From an uncultured Pseudomonadota bacterium (lineage in GTDB: Bacteria; Oederibacteriota; Muellerivitia; Muellerivitales; Muellerivitaceae), in the NCBI GenBank assembly GCA_963843375.1, contig CAWJKT010000006.1, forward strand, positions 192,001-256,000: a DNA stretch of 64,000 nt, given 5' to 3'. Each line of letters starts with the position of its first letter. Position 1 is the stretch's first letter. A program made the translations under genes and the position numbers. This document shows, piece after piece, positions 1 through 10,442 of the stretch. The notes under the pieces were generated by a model. The model saw nothing but the letters and a program-made list of their open reading frames with translations. It was not told the origin of the DNA and made no database searches.

Positions 1-9
1 GGCCAGTTA

Positions 10-597
10 GTGGATGAGCTGAACTCACCGGAATTTTTAACTTTTTTAAGCAAATTAACGGGGATTCCCGGCCTTTTGGCCGATCCCATGTTGGACGGGG
101 GAGGAATGCATCAAAGCGCCCGAGGCGGTTTTTTGAATATCCACGCGGACTTTACCCGGCATCATTACTTTCCTTGGCGCCGACGCATCAACATCATACT
201 TTACTTAAACGAAGGGTGGAAAGAGGAATGGAACGGCTGTTTGGAACTTTGGGATAAGCAAATGAAGAACTGCGTGGAGAAAGTCATTCCACTTTTAAAC
301 AGGGCCCTCATTTTCAACACGGATGAATATTCCTACCATGGACTACCCGAGAAAATCACCTGCCCGGAAGGCATGACCCGAAAAAGCCTCGCCCTTTACT
401 ACTACACCGCCCTGGAAAACCTGGATTTTAAAGCCACTTCCACCAACTATAAAGCCCGGCCCGGCGACGGCTGGAAAATCCCTTTCATCTGGCTGGATAA
501 GAAAATTCTTCATGTTTATTCGGTTTTCAAAGCCAAATTCAAACTTTCAGATGATCTGGCCAGCAAGATCTTGGGAATTTTTGGCGGTCACAAGTAA
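10..597 (+). CDS. 2OG-Fe(II) oxygenase family protein (probably 5'-truncated by the window edge)
   Basis: HxD motif (IHADF), RRINIILYLN, WNGCLELW, distal H (SYHG) and RKSLALYYY, typical of 2OG-FeII_Oxy_3-like proteins. Confidence 0.8.
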   Translation: MDELNSPEFLTFLSKLTGIPGLLADPMLDGGGMHQSARGGFLNIHADFTRHHYFPWRRRINIILYLNEGWKEEWNGCLELWDKQMKNCVEKVIPLLNRALIFNTDEYSYHGLPEKITCPEGMTRKSLALYYYTALENLDFKATSTNYKARPGDGWKIPFIWLDKKILHVYSVFKAKFKLSDDLASKILGIFGGHK

Positions 598-644
598 TTA
601 TTCAATAACTTCTTCTATTAACGGGCCATTGCTTCCATTTTCTA

Positions 645-1427
645 TTAGTGGACCGCCCTCAAAATCCGGGAATGAACCCTGCCATTGCTCGAAAGAGCGT
701 TCCCTCCATAAATCGTCTTCTTACCCGAAAGGTCGGTAAACTTGCCGCCAGCCTCTTCCACGCAAATCTTGATGGCGGCGACATCGTAAGGTTTTACCAC
801 TGGATCCAGCATGGCTTCCGTCATCCCTTGGATGACCAAGGTGTGGCCGAAACAATCACCGAACCCCCGGTCGTCATAACAAAGCGCGATCAAGTCGGAT
901 AACTTCTTTCGATAGGCTTGGGGAACTAACCTGAGTCCCCCATAGGTTAAGGTTCCGCCTTTCAGGTCAGGTATCTTGGAAACATGGACTCTCTTGCCGT
1001 CAGCATAACAGCCTTGTCCTTTGGCGGCCCAAAGGGTCCTGGGAAATGTGGGAAGATGGATTACGCCCGCCACGACTTCTCCGCGGTATTCAAGAGCGAT
1101 GAGTGTTCCCCAAAAAGGCAAGCCGCGAATAAACTGGCGGGTTCCGTCCACCGGATCGATCCACCAGCGGTAATCGGCGCGAACCTTTTTATCCCACCCG
1201 AATTCCTCCCCGCAAAGCTGATGGCCGGGGAAAGACTTTCCCAGGATTTCCCGGATGACTTGTTCGGCTTCTCGGTCGGCTCGGGTGACCGGCGAGCGGT
1301 CTACTTTCTTGATAACTTGGACATTCTTTTGGAAATACTTGAGCGCCCTTTGTCCGCCTTTTTGGGCGGCAATTTTGCCAACCGCAAGGAAACGCTGCAA
1401 TTGTTCGCGGCTTAGGGAGTTGGACAT
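645..1427 (-). CDS. hisN: Inositol monophosphatase family protein, histidinol-phosphatase-like
   Basis: SPVTRADREAE, GEEFG, WWIDPVDGTRQFIRG and PYDVAA..VEEAGG IMPase motifs. Confidence 0.75.
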   Translation of the reverse strand: MSNSLSREQLQRFLAVGKIAAQKGGQRALKYFQKNVQVIKKVDRSPVTRADREAEQVIREILGKSFPGHQLCGEEFGWDKKVRADYRWWIDPVDGTRQFIRGLPFWGTLIALEYRGEVVAGVIHLPTFPRTLWAAKGQGCYADGKRVHVSKIPDLKGGTLTYGGLRLVPQAYRKKLSDLIALCYDDRGFGDCFGHTLVIQGMTEAMLDPVVKPYDVAAIKICVEEAGGKFTDLSGKKTIYGGNALSSNGRVHSRILRAVH

Positions 1428-1536
1428 GGCGGCATTTTACAGGTGGAGCGGAATGGATTGATTAATTTTTTTCCCCACCCTTCCCAAAATTTCAAAATCT
1501 CGTTCCAAACCTCATCCTTTTAAAGGCTTAAAAGTT

Positions 1537-2013
1537 TCAAGTTAACCGCTCAATTTCCCTTGCTGCCGCGGGAAAAAGCTCTAAAAGCTTCTTCCGGTCA
1601 CCCAAAACAAAGTCTTCGAACTCAAATCCCGGGGCTACAGTGGTTCCCATCAGGGCGAATTGACCACCTTCATTCAAAAAGCCCCCAAACCATGTGCCCG
1701 CCGGAATCACCAATTGTAGTTGCTGATCCTTCTTAAGATCCTGTCCTAGGACAGTTTTTTGGACCTCTCCAGCAGGCCCCAATAGCACCCAAGTCACCGG
1801 ATCTCCCACATAAAAGTGGAATATTTCATCGCAGGCAAGACGGTGCATCTTGGAAACTGAACCTGGAACGAGCAGATAATAAATGGCAGTGGAGAAGACC
1901 CGTTGCGGTTTGAATCCCGGGATGGGTGAGGGTCCCCGGTAGGTTTCCCGATAATAGCCCCCCTCGGGATGTGGCTTCAGGTTTAGAAACTGAATCAATT
2001 GATCCGCGTTCAT
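1537..2013 (-). CDS. Cupin_5 (DUF985) family protein
   Basis: LKPHPEGGYYRETYR, STAIYYLL, HRLACDEIFHFYVG, VAPGFEFEDF. Confidence 0.9.
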   Translation of the reverse strand: MNADQLIQFLNLKPHPEGGYYRETYRGPSPIPGFKPQRVFSTAIYYLLVPGSVSKMHRLACDEIFHFYVGDPVTWVLLGPAGEVQKTVLGQDLKKDQQLQLVIPAGTWFGGFLNEGGQFALMGTTVAPGFEFEDFVLGDRKKLLELFPAAAREIERLT

Positions 2014-2065
2014 CCGAAAACCTTTTTAAATGTGGCTTTGGGCCTTTGCGTTTTTACAGGAGAAT

Positions 2066-3163
2066 TTAAACACCAAAAGAAACACCAATGTTTCGGGCAG
2101 CCTGGATGAGTTCGTGGTTGGCTGGAACTTTGCGGGTTTTGCCACCCACTTGGGACAAAGGAACAGAATCCAGTTGACCCCTCTTGAGAGCCACCATCCG
2201 CCCAAATTTTCCCTTGAAAACCAGATCCATGGCGCGGACACCAAAAAGGGTGGCCAAATTGCGGTCCAAAGCTGTTGGCGTTCCTCCTCGAACCACGTGG
2301 CCCAGAATGACCGACCGGTTCTCAATGCCGGACTTAGTCTCCAAATGATGGGCTAACTGGCGGCTGATGCCGCCCAGCCTGATCCTTTCGGTGGACATAA
2401 GATTGATACGATCCACCACCATCTTTCCGCCCCTGGGGTGAGCCCCTTCGGCAATGACGATGATACTGCTCTTTTTGCCGCGCCGCCGGCGGCTCCAGAT
2501 GGCTTCCACCACCTTTTCTTCCACGTAAGGGATTTCGGGAATGAGAATGATGTCGCCTCCCCCCGCGATGCCGGAACGAAGCGCCAGCCAGCCCGTGTAG
2601 CGCCCCATGATTTCCACGATGATGACCCGGTGATGGGAATCGGCCACGGTATGCAATCGATCAATGGCCTCGGTGGCGATAGAAACGGCCGTATCATGGC
2701 CAAAAGTCTGTTCCGTCCCCATCAGATCATTGTCAATGGTTTTGGGAACGCCGATGATCCGCACGCCCATTTTGGAAAGCTTGTTGGCGACCGTCATGCT
2801 TCCGTCACCGCCCAGAACAACGAGGGCGTCGATTCCAAGGTTCGCTAGATTTTTCGGGATGTCCTTGCTGCGATCGTGGTAAATGATCTTACCCGACTTG
2901 TCCTTTTCAAAAAGGTGAAAAGGGTTGTCCTTATTGGATGAGCCCAGGATGGTTCCGCCCAGAGTAAGGATATTAGAAACGTCACCCGAGCCCAGTACTT
3001 TCGTGGATTTCTCGACCAGGCCCAGGAATCCATCCAGGATACCGACTACTTCGACGCCCTTTTGAATAGCCGTTTTCACCACCGCGCGGATGACGGCGTT
3101 CAAGCCGGGACAATCGCCTCCAGCGGTAAGAATGCCGATACATTTAACGCGCGGGGAGGACAA
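2066..3163 (-). CDS. pfkA: 6-phosphofructokinase
   Basis: GGDCPGLNAVIRAVV, GGTILGSS, GGDGS, PKTIDND, EIMGR, LGHVVRGG. Confidence 0.93.
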   Translation of the reverse strand: MSSPRVKCIGILTAGGDCPGLNAVIRAVVKTAIQKGVEVVGILDGFLGLVEKSTKVLGSGDVSNILTLGGTILGSSNKDNPFHLFEKDKSGKIIYHDRSKDIPKNLANLGIDALVVLGGDGSMTVANKLSKMGVRIIGVPKTIDNDLMGTEQTFGHDTAVSIATEAIDRLHTVADSHHRVIIVEIMGRYTGWLALRSGIAGGGDIILIPEIPYVEEKVVEAIWSRRRRGKKSSIIVIAEGAHPRGGKMVVDRINLMSTERIRLGGISRQLAHHLETKSGIENRSVILGHVVRGGTPTALDRNLATLFGVRAMDLVFKGKFGRMVALKRGQLDSVPLSQVGGKTRKVPANHELIQAARNIGVSFGV

Positions 3164-3169
3164 GGCTTT

Positions 3170-3685
3170 TTATTGAACGCCGAGCAATTCGACATCAAAA
3201 ACCAATGTCGCGTTAGGCGGAATCACGTTTCCCGCTCCCCGCTCGCCATATCCTAGATCAGAGGGAATGGTTAATTTACGCTTCTCGCCCACCCTCATTC
3301 CGGCAACGCCTTCATCCCAGCCCTTGATGACCTGGCCCGCTCCAAGGGTAAATTGGAAAGGTTGACCCCGGTCCACCGAACTGTCGAACTTGGTTCCATC
3401 CGTCAACCAACCGGTATAGTGAACTGTAACCATTTGTCCAGCGATGGCAAAAGCTCCATGACCCACTTTCAACACTTGGTACTGTAGGCCCGAAGGGGTC
3501 GTTATAATTTTATGACCGGCCTTGGAGTGTTTCGCGGCAGGGGTTGGCGTGGCGTCATCGGAAGCCGCCGCAACGGCGGGGGTGGAACTGGAAGACGTGG
3601 CATCCTGTGCCTTCGCGTAATTCGTCACCAATACAACCACTGCGATAATCACGGCCAAGCCAATAAACAGGTAGCGGTAATTCAT
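3170..3685 (-). CDS. FKBP-type peptidyl-prolyl isomerase with signal peptide
   Basis: [41 protein letters not shown]; hydrophobic N-terminus. Confidence 0.93.
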   Translation of the reverse strand: MNYRYLFIGLAVIIAVVVLVTNYAKAQDATSSSSTPAVAAASDDATPTPAAKHSKAGHKIITTPSGLQYQVLKVGHGAFAIAGQMVTVHYTGWLTDGTKFDSSVDRGQPFQFTLGAGQVIKGWDEGVAGMRVGEKRKLTIPSDLGYGERGAGNVIPPNATLVFDVELLGVQ

Positions 3686-3929
3686 GCCGATTCCTCCGTT
3701 TTAGATGTGGATGAAACGGCGAAAGTATACCTTATCGTTGGGCGAGTTTCAGCAGAAGTTGAGGGAGAAACTTAAACTCCTAACAAAAATCGAATGAACC
3801 GCGAAGGCGCTACAGACGGCGGAATTCAAAATAATCGACCTGCCCTAAATTTAAACACAGTTTTTCTCAATGAACCGGCCGCCCTTCGTGTTTCAAATGG
3901 TCAGTCTTTTAGATTTTTATTCAAAACTC

Positions 3930-4172
3930 TTAATCGGCAACCCGTGCAACGCGGATACTATTGACGATGTCATGGACGCCGCCAACACCGTGGACTATTG
4001 AGGAAATGTCCCTTTTGGTCTCAAAGTCATCCACGACCCCTGTAAGCGTCACATGCCCCCCCCGGGCGCTGACATGGATTCCACCTCCAAGGCTTCGAAC
4101 GGCCCGGCTAATGGCCGCTTCCAACTCAACGTCTTTCGGATCGGAAATGTTATTGTTGAATGGATCTGCCAT
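3930..4172 (-). CDS. Single BON-domain protein
   Basis: IHVSARGGHVTLTGVV...GVHDIVNSIRV; likely start MADPF after a G-rich RBS. Confidence 0.75.
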   Translation of the reverse strand: MADPFNNNISDPKDVELEAAISRAVRSLGGGIHVSARGGHVTLTGVVDDFETKRDISSIVHGVGGVHDIVNSIRVARVAD

Positions 4173-4266
4173 AGGTCCCCCTTTTTCAAAATCATTCTCT
4201 GGATTAATGGTACGTCCAATATTTAACACTTTCAACGGATCACGGTTAACCCGTCTTTAGGGGAGC

Positions 4267-4776
4267 CTAAAAATGGTTGAAATTCCTTTTTTCTTCCCAG
4301 GTTTTTAGGTGCAGATGGTTGGTAACCGTTCTCACACCCGCTGTCGCTTCCACAATGAGACCGATTTCCTTTTTATCCTCAAGTTTGTCCACCCAGCCCA
4401 GGAGATTGACGTAACCATTGCGCACCACCACTTGAACACTTTGTTTTTTACCGCTGTCGCGAATTTCCCGGTCAATCGTCTTTTCCAATTCCACATCTTT
4501 AATATTCAGAAACGGGTGAGTTGCCATCTGGACTCCCCCTTCCTGCCAAGGTTTAATATGAACGTGGTTAGTCACTATTTTTACCCCTGGAATCTTCTCC
4601 ACCATCAGACCAATCGCCTTTTTCTCCTCAAAGTCCTCCACCCAGCCAATGAGATTGACATAACCATCCTTTACGACAACTTGAATCTCCCCTCCTGTTC
4701 CACAGACGTGAATTGACCGCACAATCGTTTCTTCCAGTTCAACATCCTTAAGCTTGAGAACGGGTTGGATGACCAT
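4267..4776 (-). CDS. Dual BON-domain protein
   Basis: Two repeats of KDVELE...VVV.DGYVNL.GWV...GV..VTNH; AGGAGG RBS upstream. Confidence 0.8.
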   Translation of the reverse strand: MVIQPVLKLKDVELEETIVRSIHVCGTGGEIQVVVKDGYVNLIGWVEDFEEKKAIGLMVEKIPGVKIVTNHVHIKPWQEGGVQMATHPFLNIKDVELEKTIDREIRDSGKKQSVQVVVRNGYVNLLGWVDKLEDKKEIGLIVEATAGVRTVTNHLHLKTWEEKRNFNHF

Positions 4777-4968
4777 GTCAAACCTCCTAATTTCAAAAGG
4801 AAATTTTATGAATTATTGTCGTCTTCAAATTCATAATCCCCTTTTTTCGTGAATTCCTGTATGACCTATTTCATATACCTTGCGGATTGTTGGTACGTTG
4901 ACAGGCTCTTTTTCGACCCATAAGATGCTCCCTTTATTAAAGAAAGCCTTTATTCCCACAGGAATTTT

Positions 4969-5985
4969 ATGCAAAAAGCACTTCATGTCGAAAACCTCTC
5001 CAAAAGCTATAAACGCCGCTTGCGTCAACCCGGGCTTTGGGGCGCGATCAAAGGACTCATATCCAGCCAATATGAGGAAGTGGGAGCGGTCAAAAAAATC
5101 TCTTTTTCCATCACCCGGGGGGAAAAGGTAGGTTTGATCGGTGAAAACGGCGCGGGCAAGTCGACCACGCTCAAAATGCTCACCGGTATTATCGCGCCCA
5201 CAAGCGGAAACCTTGAAGTTCTAGGTCAACTACCCTGGAAGGATCGCCGCAAATTGGCGCTCAATATTGGCGTGGTCTTCGGCCAAAGACCCCAATTGCT
5301 TTGGGATATTCCGGTACGGGAAACTTTTCGGCTCCTGAAAACCATGTACCGTATTCCGGATGAGGTTTACAACGTGACTTATAAGGAAGCCGTCCGGCGG
5401 CTGGGTCTGGAACCCTTGTTGGGAACGCCGGTTCGCCAATTATCCCTCGGCCAACGTATGCGCTGTGACCTGGCCGCGGCCCTTTTACACGCCCCGGCTA
5501 TCGCGTTTCTGGATGAACCCACCATCGGCCTGGATCTATCCGTAAAGGAACAGGTGAGGGAATACATCGGTGACATGCAGGAGAAATTCGGCACCACCCT
5601 TTTAATCACCACCCATGACCTGAAGGATATCACCGAAACCTGCGACCGATTGCTGTTATTGGACAAGGGAGCTCTTCTTTTTGACGGTTCCCTGAAAGCG
5701 TTTGAAAAGAAGTTCGCGAACGAATCAAGAATTGTGGCCGAATTGCATCAACCCGTCGCTCCCGCCACCTTGAAAAGATTGGGAGCGGAAATGAAACGCC
5801 ACGGTGGAAAGATCATCCTTTCTGATGGCCATCGGATGATCGTGGAATACCATAAAACCGGGGCCGCCCCGGCCTTAACCCAGATTCTTCTCAAAAGACA
5901 AAAGGTCGTGGACTTAGCCCTGGAAAAAACAGATATCGAAACAATCGTGACCCGGATTTACCGCAAACCTATCGACTCGAAATAG
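4969..5985 (+). CDS. ABC transporter ATP-binding protein (ABC-2 exporter)
   Basis: Walker A GENGAGKST, signature LSLGQRMR, Walker B FLDEPTIGLD. Confidence 0.92.
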   Translation: MQKALHVENLSKSYKRRLRQPGLWGAIKGLISSQYEEVGAVKKISFSITRGEKVGLIGENGAGKSTTLKMLTGIIAPTSGNLEVLGQLPWKDRRKLALNIGVVFGQRPQLLWDIPVRETFRLLKTMYRIPDEVYNVTYKEAVRRLGLEPLLGTPVRQLSLGQRMRCDLAAALLHAPAIAFLDEPTIGLDLSVKEQVREYIGDMQEKFGTTLLITTHDLKDITETCDRLLLLDKGALLFDGSLKAFEKKFANESRIVAELHQPVAPATLKRLGAEMKRHGGKIILSDGHRMIVEYHKTGAAPALTQILLKRQKVVDLALEKTDIETIVTRIYRKPIDSK

Positions 5986-5992
5986 GAGCCCT

Positions 5993-6826
5993 TTGATGCG
6001 ACCCCTTCAACCTGCCCTCACCCCCCTGGAGTTCCTTAAAGGTTATATCTCGCTTTTCGTCCGTTCCCTCAAGGCCAGTTTCGCCTATCGGGCCACCACC
6101 GTCACCTCGCTTCTCACCGCCTCAGTGGCCTACGCCATACCCATGCTGGTCTGGCGCCAGGTTTACGCCCAAAATCCATCGGGACCCTCGATATCCCAGG
6201 CCAAAATGTTTCCCTACCTGCTTCTGGCTTGTTGCGTGAATTATTCACTCGGCATGAGCGTGGAATTCAGGATCAGTCAACGAGTGCGCATGGGCCTCAT
6301 CGCCACCGACCTTTTGAAACCCTTAGATTTCCAAGTGGCTCAGGGCGTCCAATCCATCAGCGACGGTCTATTCAACGGGTTCCTGGGAATGACGGTTTTC
6401 TTTTGTGGTTATCTTTTTCTCGGCCCCGAGGTTTTCCCCGCCGGCTGGGAGGCATTCGGGCTTTTTATCCTTAGCTATCTGCTGGCTTTTATGGTGATGT
6501 ATGGCATTTGCTTTATTTTCGTCCAAGGGGCCTTTTACACCTATAGCGGTTACGGTATCCTCACGGCTCGAATAGCCCTGCAATATACTTTTTCGGGCAT
6601 GTCCGCTCCCCTATCCCTTTATCCGGCTTATCTGGCGACTATCGGACGTTGGCTTCCTTTCCAGCACACCATCTTCACGCCCGTCTCCATCTACATGGGT
6701 TGGGTCCAGGGTGAACAGGCCTGGGGTCTCATTGGGCAGCAAGCTCTTTGGGTTCTTGGCCTCTTTATTGTTGGAAAACTCCTAATGAATCAGGCGTTAA
6801 AACAATTAGAAATCCAGGGAGGCTGA
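5993..6826 (+). CDS. ABC-2 family transporter permease
   Basis: Multi-TM protein with G.IATDLLKP and LPFQ..IFTPV, ending in QGG; follows the ATPase. Confidence 0.85.
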   Translation: MMRPLQPALTPLEFLKGYISLFVRSLKASFAYRATTVTSLLTASVAYAIPMLVWRQVYAQNPSGPSISQAKMFPYLLLACCVNYSLGMSVEFRISQRVRMGLIATDLLKPLDFQVAQGVQSISDGLFNGFLGMTVFFCGYLFLGPEVFPAGWEAFGLFILSYLLAFMVMYGICFIFVQGAFYTYSGYGILTARIALQYTFSGMSAPLSLYPAYLATIGRWLPFQHTIFTPVSIYMGWVQGEQAWGLIGQQALWVLGLFIVGKLLMNQALKQLEIQGG

Positions 6827-6833
6827 TCCTGCC

Positions 6834-7616
6834 ATGGAAACGATAAAATTGTATTGGTTGGCTTTTAACACGGCGCTCCAGGCCAAATTTGAATACCGGG
6901 TGGATTTTGTCCTCGGGGTTTTGACTTCTTGCATGATGCAGATGTCGAACCTCGCCTTTCTATTCGTGATTTTCCACCAGACACCGGGTTTGAATGGCTG
7001 GGGACCGGATGAAGTCATTCTTCTTTTCGGCCTGACCGCGGCGGCTTTGGGAACCTCCGAACTCTTTTTCAATCATATCTGGATGGTCCCTTATTACATT
7101 GTCATGGGTGAATTGGACCGGCTTTTGACCTACCCGGTCAACTCGCTCTATTTTCTCCTGGTTACCCGGCCCGAGCTTCATGCCTTTGGCAACTTGGCCA
7201 CCGGCTTCGCCTTGGCTTCCATCGCGCTCATTCATCTTCACGCGCCTTGGACCGCTTGGTTCCTGCTTCCATTCGCGGCCTTTTTCGGCTGCCTGGTTTA
7301 CACCTCCGCCCTAGTGATCGCGGCGAGCCTTTCCTTTGTCTTTATCAGCGCCACCTCCATGCACCTGATGATTCCCCATACCCTGCTTCAGTCCACCCGC
7401 TGGCCCCTGAACATTTATCCCTACGCCCTGCAATACATTCTTTTATTGCTGATTCCTTACGGCGCCTTCAATTACCTTCCAGCCGGCTTTATCTTTGGAA
7501 AGGGTCTGGCACCTTGGCTTTTGGCGGCAACACCCCTGGCCTGCCTGGCCTTTATGGTCGCCTCGCGCCGGATGTGGCAATGGGGTATTGGCAAATACGA
7601 AAGCACAGGCTCCTGA
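6834..7616 (+). CDS. ABC-2 family transporter permease
   Basis: EYRVDF, GELDRLLTYP, WPLNIYP and terminal YESTGS. Confidence 0.85.
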   Translation: METIKLYWLAFNTALQAKFEYRVDFVLGVLTSCMMQMSNLAFLFVIFHQTPGLNGWGPDEVILLFGLTAAALGTSELFFNHIWMVPYYIVMGELDRLLTYPVNSLYFLLVTRPELHAFGNLATGFALASIALIHLHAPWTAWFLLPFAAFFGCLVYTSALVIAASLSFVFISATSMHLMIPHTLLQSTRWPLNIYPYALQYILLLLIPYGAFNYLPAGFIFGKGLAPWLLAATPLACLAFMVASRRMWQWGIGKYESTGS

Positions 7617-7631
7617 TTTTTGACCCAAAAT

Positions 7632-7670
7632 AAAAAAGCCCTGCGGCTCTCTTGCCTTGCCACAGGGCTT
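7632..7670 (-). terminator. Intrinsic terminator-like hairpin (minus strand)
   Basis: Minus strand reads AAGCCCTGTGGC-loop-GCCGCAGGGCTT followed by a T-run. Confidence 0.6.
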
Positions 7671-7859
7671 GCCCAATGTGATACGACAACCAATAAATCT
7701 CGACTTCAAATAAAACTCACTCATACCGTGAAGGAAGGCCTCTCATCCCGATCGGTCCTTAACCCTTCACACTCTCTAGACGGGCATATGGTTTTTTAGT
7801 CCGAATTTTTTTAACTTTTTTCGCGCGCTAAAAGAATAAGTTTTCAAGTTAAACTAAAA

Positions 7860-9170
7860 TCACGGTTGGTATTGTTGGAGCCACTGCTTTAAACGGTCAT
7901 TATCGGGATCCAATTTTAAAACCTTACGGTAAGAATCCAGGGACTTGTCGAAATAAAGCTTTCCCAACCTGCTCCAGGCTTTTTCAAATTGGGGGTCCTT
8001 TTCCACCGCTTTCAGGTAAAGATCCAGAGCCTCCTGTTCAAGCCCCATTCCAAGCTTTTCTTCCGCCTGATCGAACAGTTGTTGTGGGGTCATATCATCC
8101 GGGGATGTAACTTGGAATTTCAATACAACGGGTTTTTTGCCAATGACTGGCGGCGGAAGTGTGGGATTGGAACCAATCTCCGGAAAAACCGGTGGGGTAT
8201 TAACCGCGGCTGGAGTGGTTTTGGCGGGGGGATGGAAAAATATCGAAAGACCGAAGCGCTGGATATTTCCTAAATCCCCCTCAAAAGAAAATGAATAATC
8301 AAATTGAAAATCCCCCACCCTCACACCCGCGCCGAAGTCCAGCCCCTCTATTCCCCCCAATTGGGTATCATTTAAATCGCAGGAATATCCTGCCCTTAAA
8401 AAATAACTTCTTTGAAAGGCATATTCGAACCCTGAATTGAGGTGGCTGTCCCCTTGAAATGCCAAATCCCCTCCCGCGCTAACCAATAGGGAATGTAATT
8501 CCTCTTTACCCAAGCTGAAGCGGTAAGCGGCACCCCATAACAGGTCAGCCGGTAAATTAAATCCGCCCGATTCCACCCCTAAATTTTTCATATTTAAACC
8601 GATTGAAAAACGCTCAAAGGGTTTCGCCAAAAAACCCAGATCCCAAAGCAAACCCGAATGAACCACACCGTCGATTTCCTGGCGTATCCATTGGCTGGAG
8701 AGACCCAGGAAAATGTCTTTGTCGATCGGGAAACCAAAGCCGCCCTGGGCGCCGATATCAAAAGGAGTATAAGTGCCGATTAAATTTCCAAAGTTATCGC
8801 GTTGATCAATGCTTCCATAGTTGAGGTAATTGATTCCAAAAGCAAAGGTTCCCACCGAATCCAGGGGATAAAGGCCATCGACATTTTCATAAAATCCATC
8901 CAATAGGTAGGCGTTATGGGTCAAAACCGCTTCGGGCTGTTGGATTTGGGCCAATCCGGCCGAGTTGTAGTAAAGCGCCGATAGATCATCCGCTACTGCG
9001 GTAAAACTTTCTCCCATCCCCACCGCCCGAGCCCCCATTCCAGAAGTGAGTATGGGAAAAGAGGTGGAGCTATTGGAGGAAAGCGTTTGGGAGAAGAGGT
9101 GGCCTGTGGAAGCGATTGTCCCCAAGCCCAGCAAGACCATGAATAGCCGCTTTTTCACGATAGGCCTCAA
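7860..9170 (-). CDS. PorV/PorQ-family outer-membrane protein with C-terminal TPR
   Basis: Signal peptide, GARAVGMGESFTAVADDLSALYYNSAGLA motif, beta-barrel-like body (FLRAGY, DFQFDYSF), Pro-rich linker, TPR. Confidence 0.75.
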   Translation of the reverse strand: MRPIVKKRLFMVLLGLGTIASTGHLFSQTLSSNSSTSFPILTSGMGARAVGMGESFTAVADDLSALYYNSAGLAQIQQPEAVLTHNAYLLDGFYENVDGLYPLDSVGTFAFGINYLNYGSIDQRDNFGNLIGTYTPFDIGAQGGFGFPIDKDIFLGLSSQWIRQEIDGVVHSGLLWDLGFLAKPFERFSIGLNMKNLGVESGGFNLPADLLWGAAYRFSLGKEELHSLLVSAGGDLAFQGDSHLNSGFEYAFQRSYFLRAGYSCDLNDTQLGGIEGLDFGAGVRVGDFQFDYSFSFEGDLGNIQRFGLSIFFHPPAKTTPAAVNTPPVFPEIGSNPTLPPPVIGKKPVVLKFQVTSPDDMTPQQLFDQAEEKLGMGLEQEALDLYLKAVEKDPQFEKAWSRLGKLYFDKSLDSYRKVLKLDPDNDRLKQWLQQYQP

Positions 9171-9443
9171 AATAAATTCAAATAATATACCGGATCAGCT
9201 GACATCCCAATCTAACCCGAAACGGAACCCTCCGCCAAACTCATTTATTATAGTCGGGAATAATGTGAGGTCTTCAGGGGATTAAACCAGAATAAAAAGT
9301 CCCGTTATTCGAAAAATTTCACCAAGGAAATGATAACTTGGATGCCATCAGAATCAGGGAAACCACGGGGGTTGGAGGCGCTTTAAAGGCTGAACCACCC
9401 TTTAATGTGAAAGACGGGCGGAAGTGGGGGGGGGGTAAAAATT

Positions 9444-10442
9444 TTATGGATTCGGCAGGACTTTTAAAATACCCGACATTTTCTTATTACCCAGGTCAAG
9501 GACGACGGTATAGTCTCCCGGAAAAACCACATTCCCCAGTTCATCTTTCCCATCCCAATCGACATAATCTTCCCCCGTTCTTAGTACTCCCTGGTAAAGA
9601 TGCCGAATCAAGAGTCCATGGGTGTTGTAAACCGTCACGGTGACATTTTGGGTCTTTGGAATGTCGATGGTCACTCGCAGGGAATCCCCCTCGGCTGTGG
9701 AACCCGATCCGGAATTGACCGCGGGCATTTCCGAAGGCGGGACATTCGAGGCTGGGGATGGAATTGAACTGGTCCAATTTTTTCCATTCACTTGCGGGAA
9801 AGCCGCTGAATTTGAAGCGAGAGGGGCGGTTTCAACAAACCCGCTTCCATTGTCCGATGGAACCGAGGATTGGACGGAAGAATTCTTCCCATTAAGATCG
9901 GGGTTCGAAGACTGCACGTCTTCGGAAGTTGTCACCCGCGAGCGGGAAGCCGTTAATTCGGATTCCGGATTGTTCAAGGTTGAAGCGGAATTTTCCCCCG
10001 ATGTGACCATTAAGGTTAGGCCCTTTTGGGTTTGATTCTTAGGACCCGATAGGGGGACTCTTGAAATTCCGGTCGAGGGAATCATGGCGGAGAGTTGGCC
10101 GCCAAGCGATTTTTCAAACTCGGGCCAAAGATGTTGGACACCAAAATAAAGAATACCTGCCGATGCGAAAACGAAGGCGATCGTACCGGTGAGTTTGAGG
10201 AAACGATAAATGGGAGAGGGTTTATATTGGCTCCAGACAGCGTCTATTTTTCCGTCTAAACGGCCCGCCATTTGGTCAATCTGAGCTTCCGATAAGGGGC
10301 CCAATCTTTCCGCCACAGCCTGGGTCACTTGTTCGGCAAAAACAGGGTCTTTTCGAATAAGGGCGTCGAATTCGGCTTGGGCTTCCTCGGTAAAAGAGCC
10401 ATCCAAATATATTTGCAACAAGGTTTCAGGCGTGAATTTCAC
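9444..10442 (-). CDS. Putative anti-sigma factor: N-terminal ASD-like segment, one TM helix, S/T-rich linker, C-terminal FlgD Ig-like domain
   Basis: In-frame GTG at 10442 (LLQIYLDG...EFDALI); TM TIAFVFASAGILYFGV; C-terminal VTVYN..G.LIRHL...WDGKDELGNVVFPGDY. Confidence 0.6.
   Translation of the reverse strand: MKFTPETLLQIYLDGSFTEEAQAEFDALIRKDPVFAEQVTQAVAERLGPLSEAQIDQMAGRLDGKIDAVWSQYKPSPIYRFLKLTGTIAFVFASAGILYFGVQHLWPEFEKSLGGQLSAMIPSTGISRVPLSGPKNQTQKGLTLMVTSGENSASTLNNPESELTASRSRVTTSEDVQSSNPDLNGKNSSVQSSVPSDNGSGFVETAPLASNSAAFPQVNGKNWTSSIPSPASNVPPSEMPAVNSGSGSTAEGDSLRVTIDIPKTQNVTVTVYNTHGLLIRHLYQGVLRTGEDYVDWDGKDELGNVVFPGDYTVVLDLGNKKMSGILKVLPNP

Noticed and set aside
9426..9435. G10 homopolymer as a phase-variation switch
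   Set aside because: It is intergenic, ~250 bp from the next start, not visibly within promoter spacing, and homopolymer length is unreliable in this assembly.
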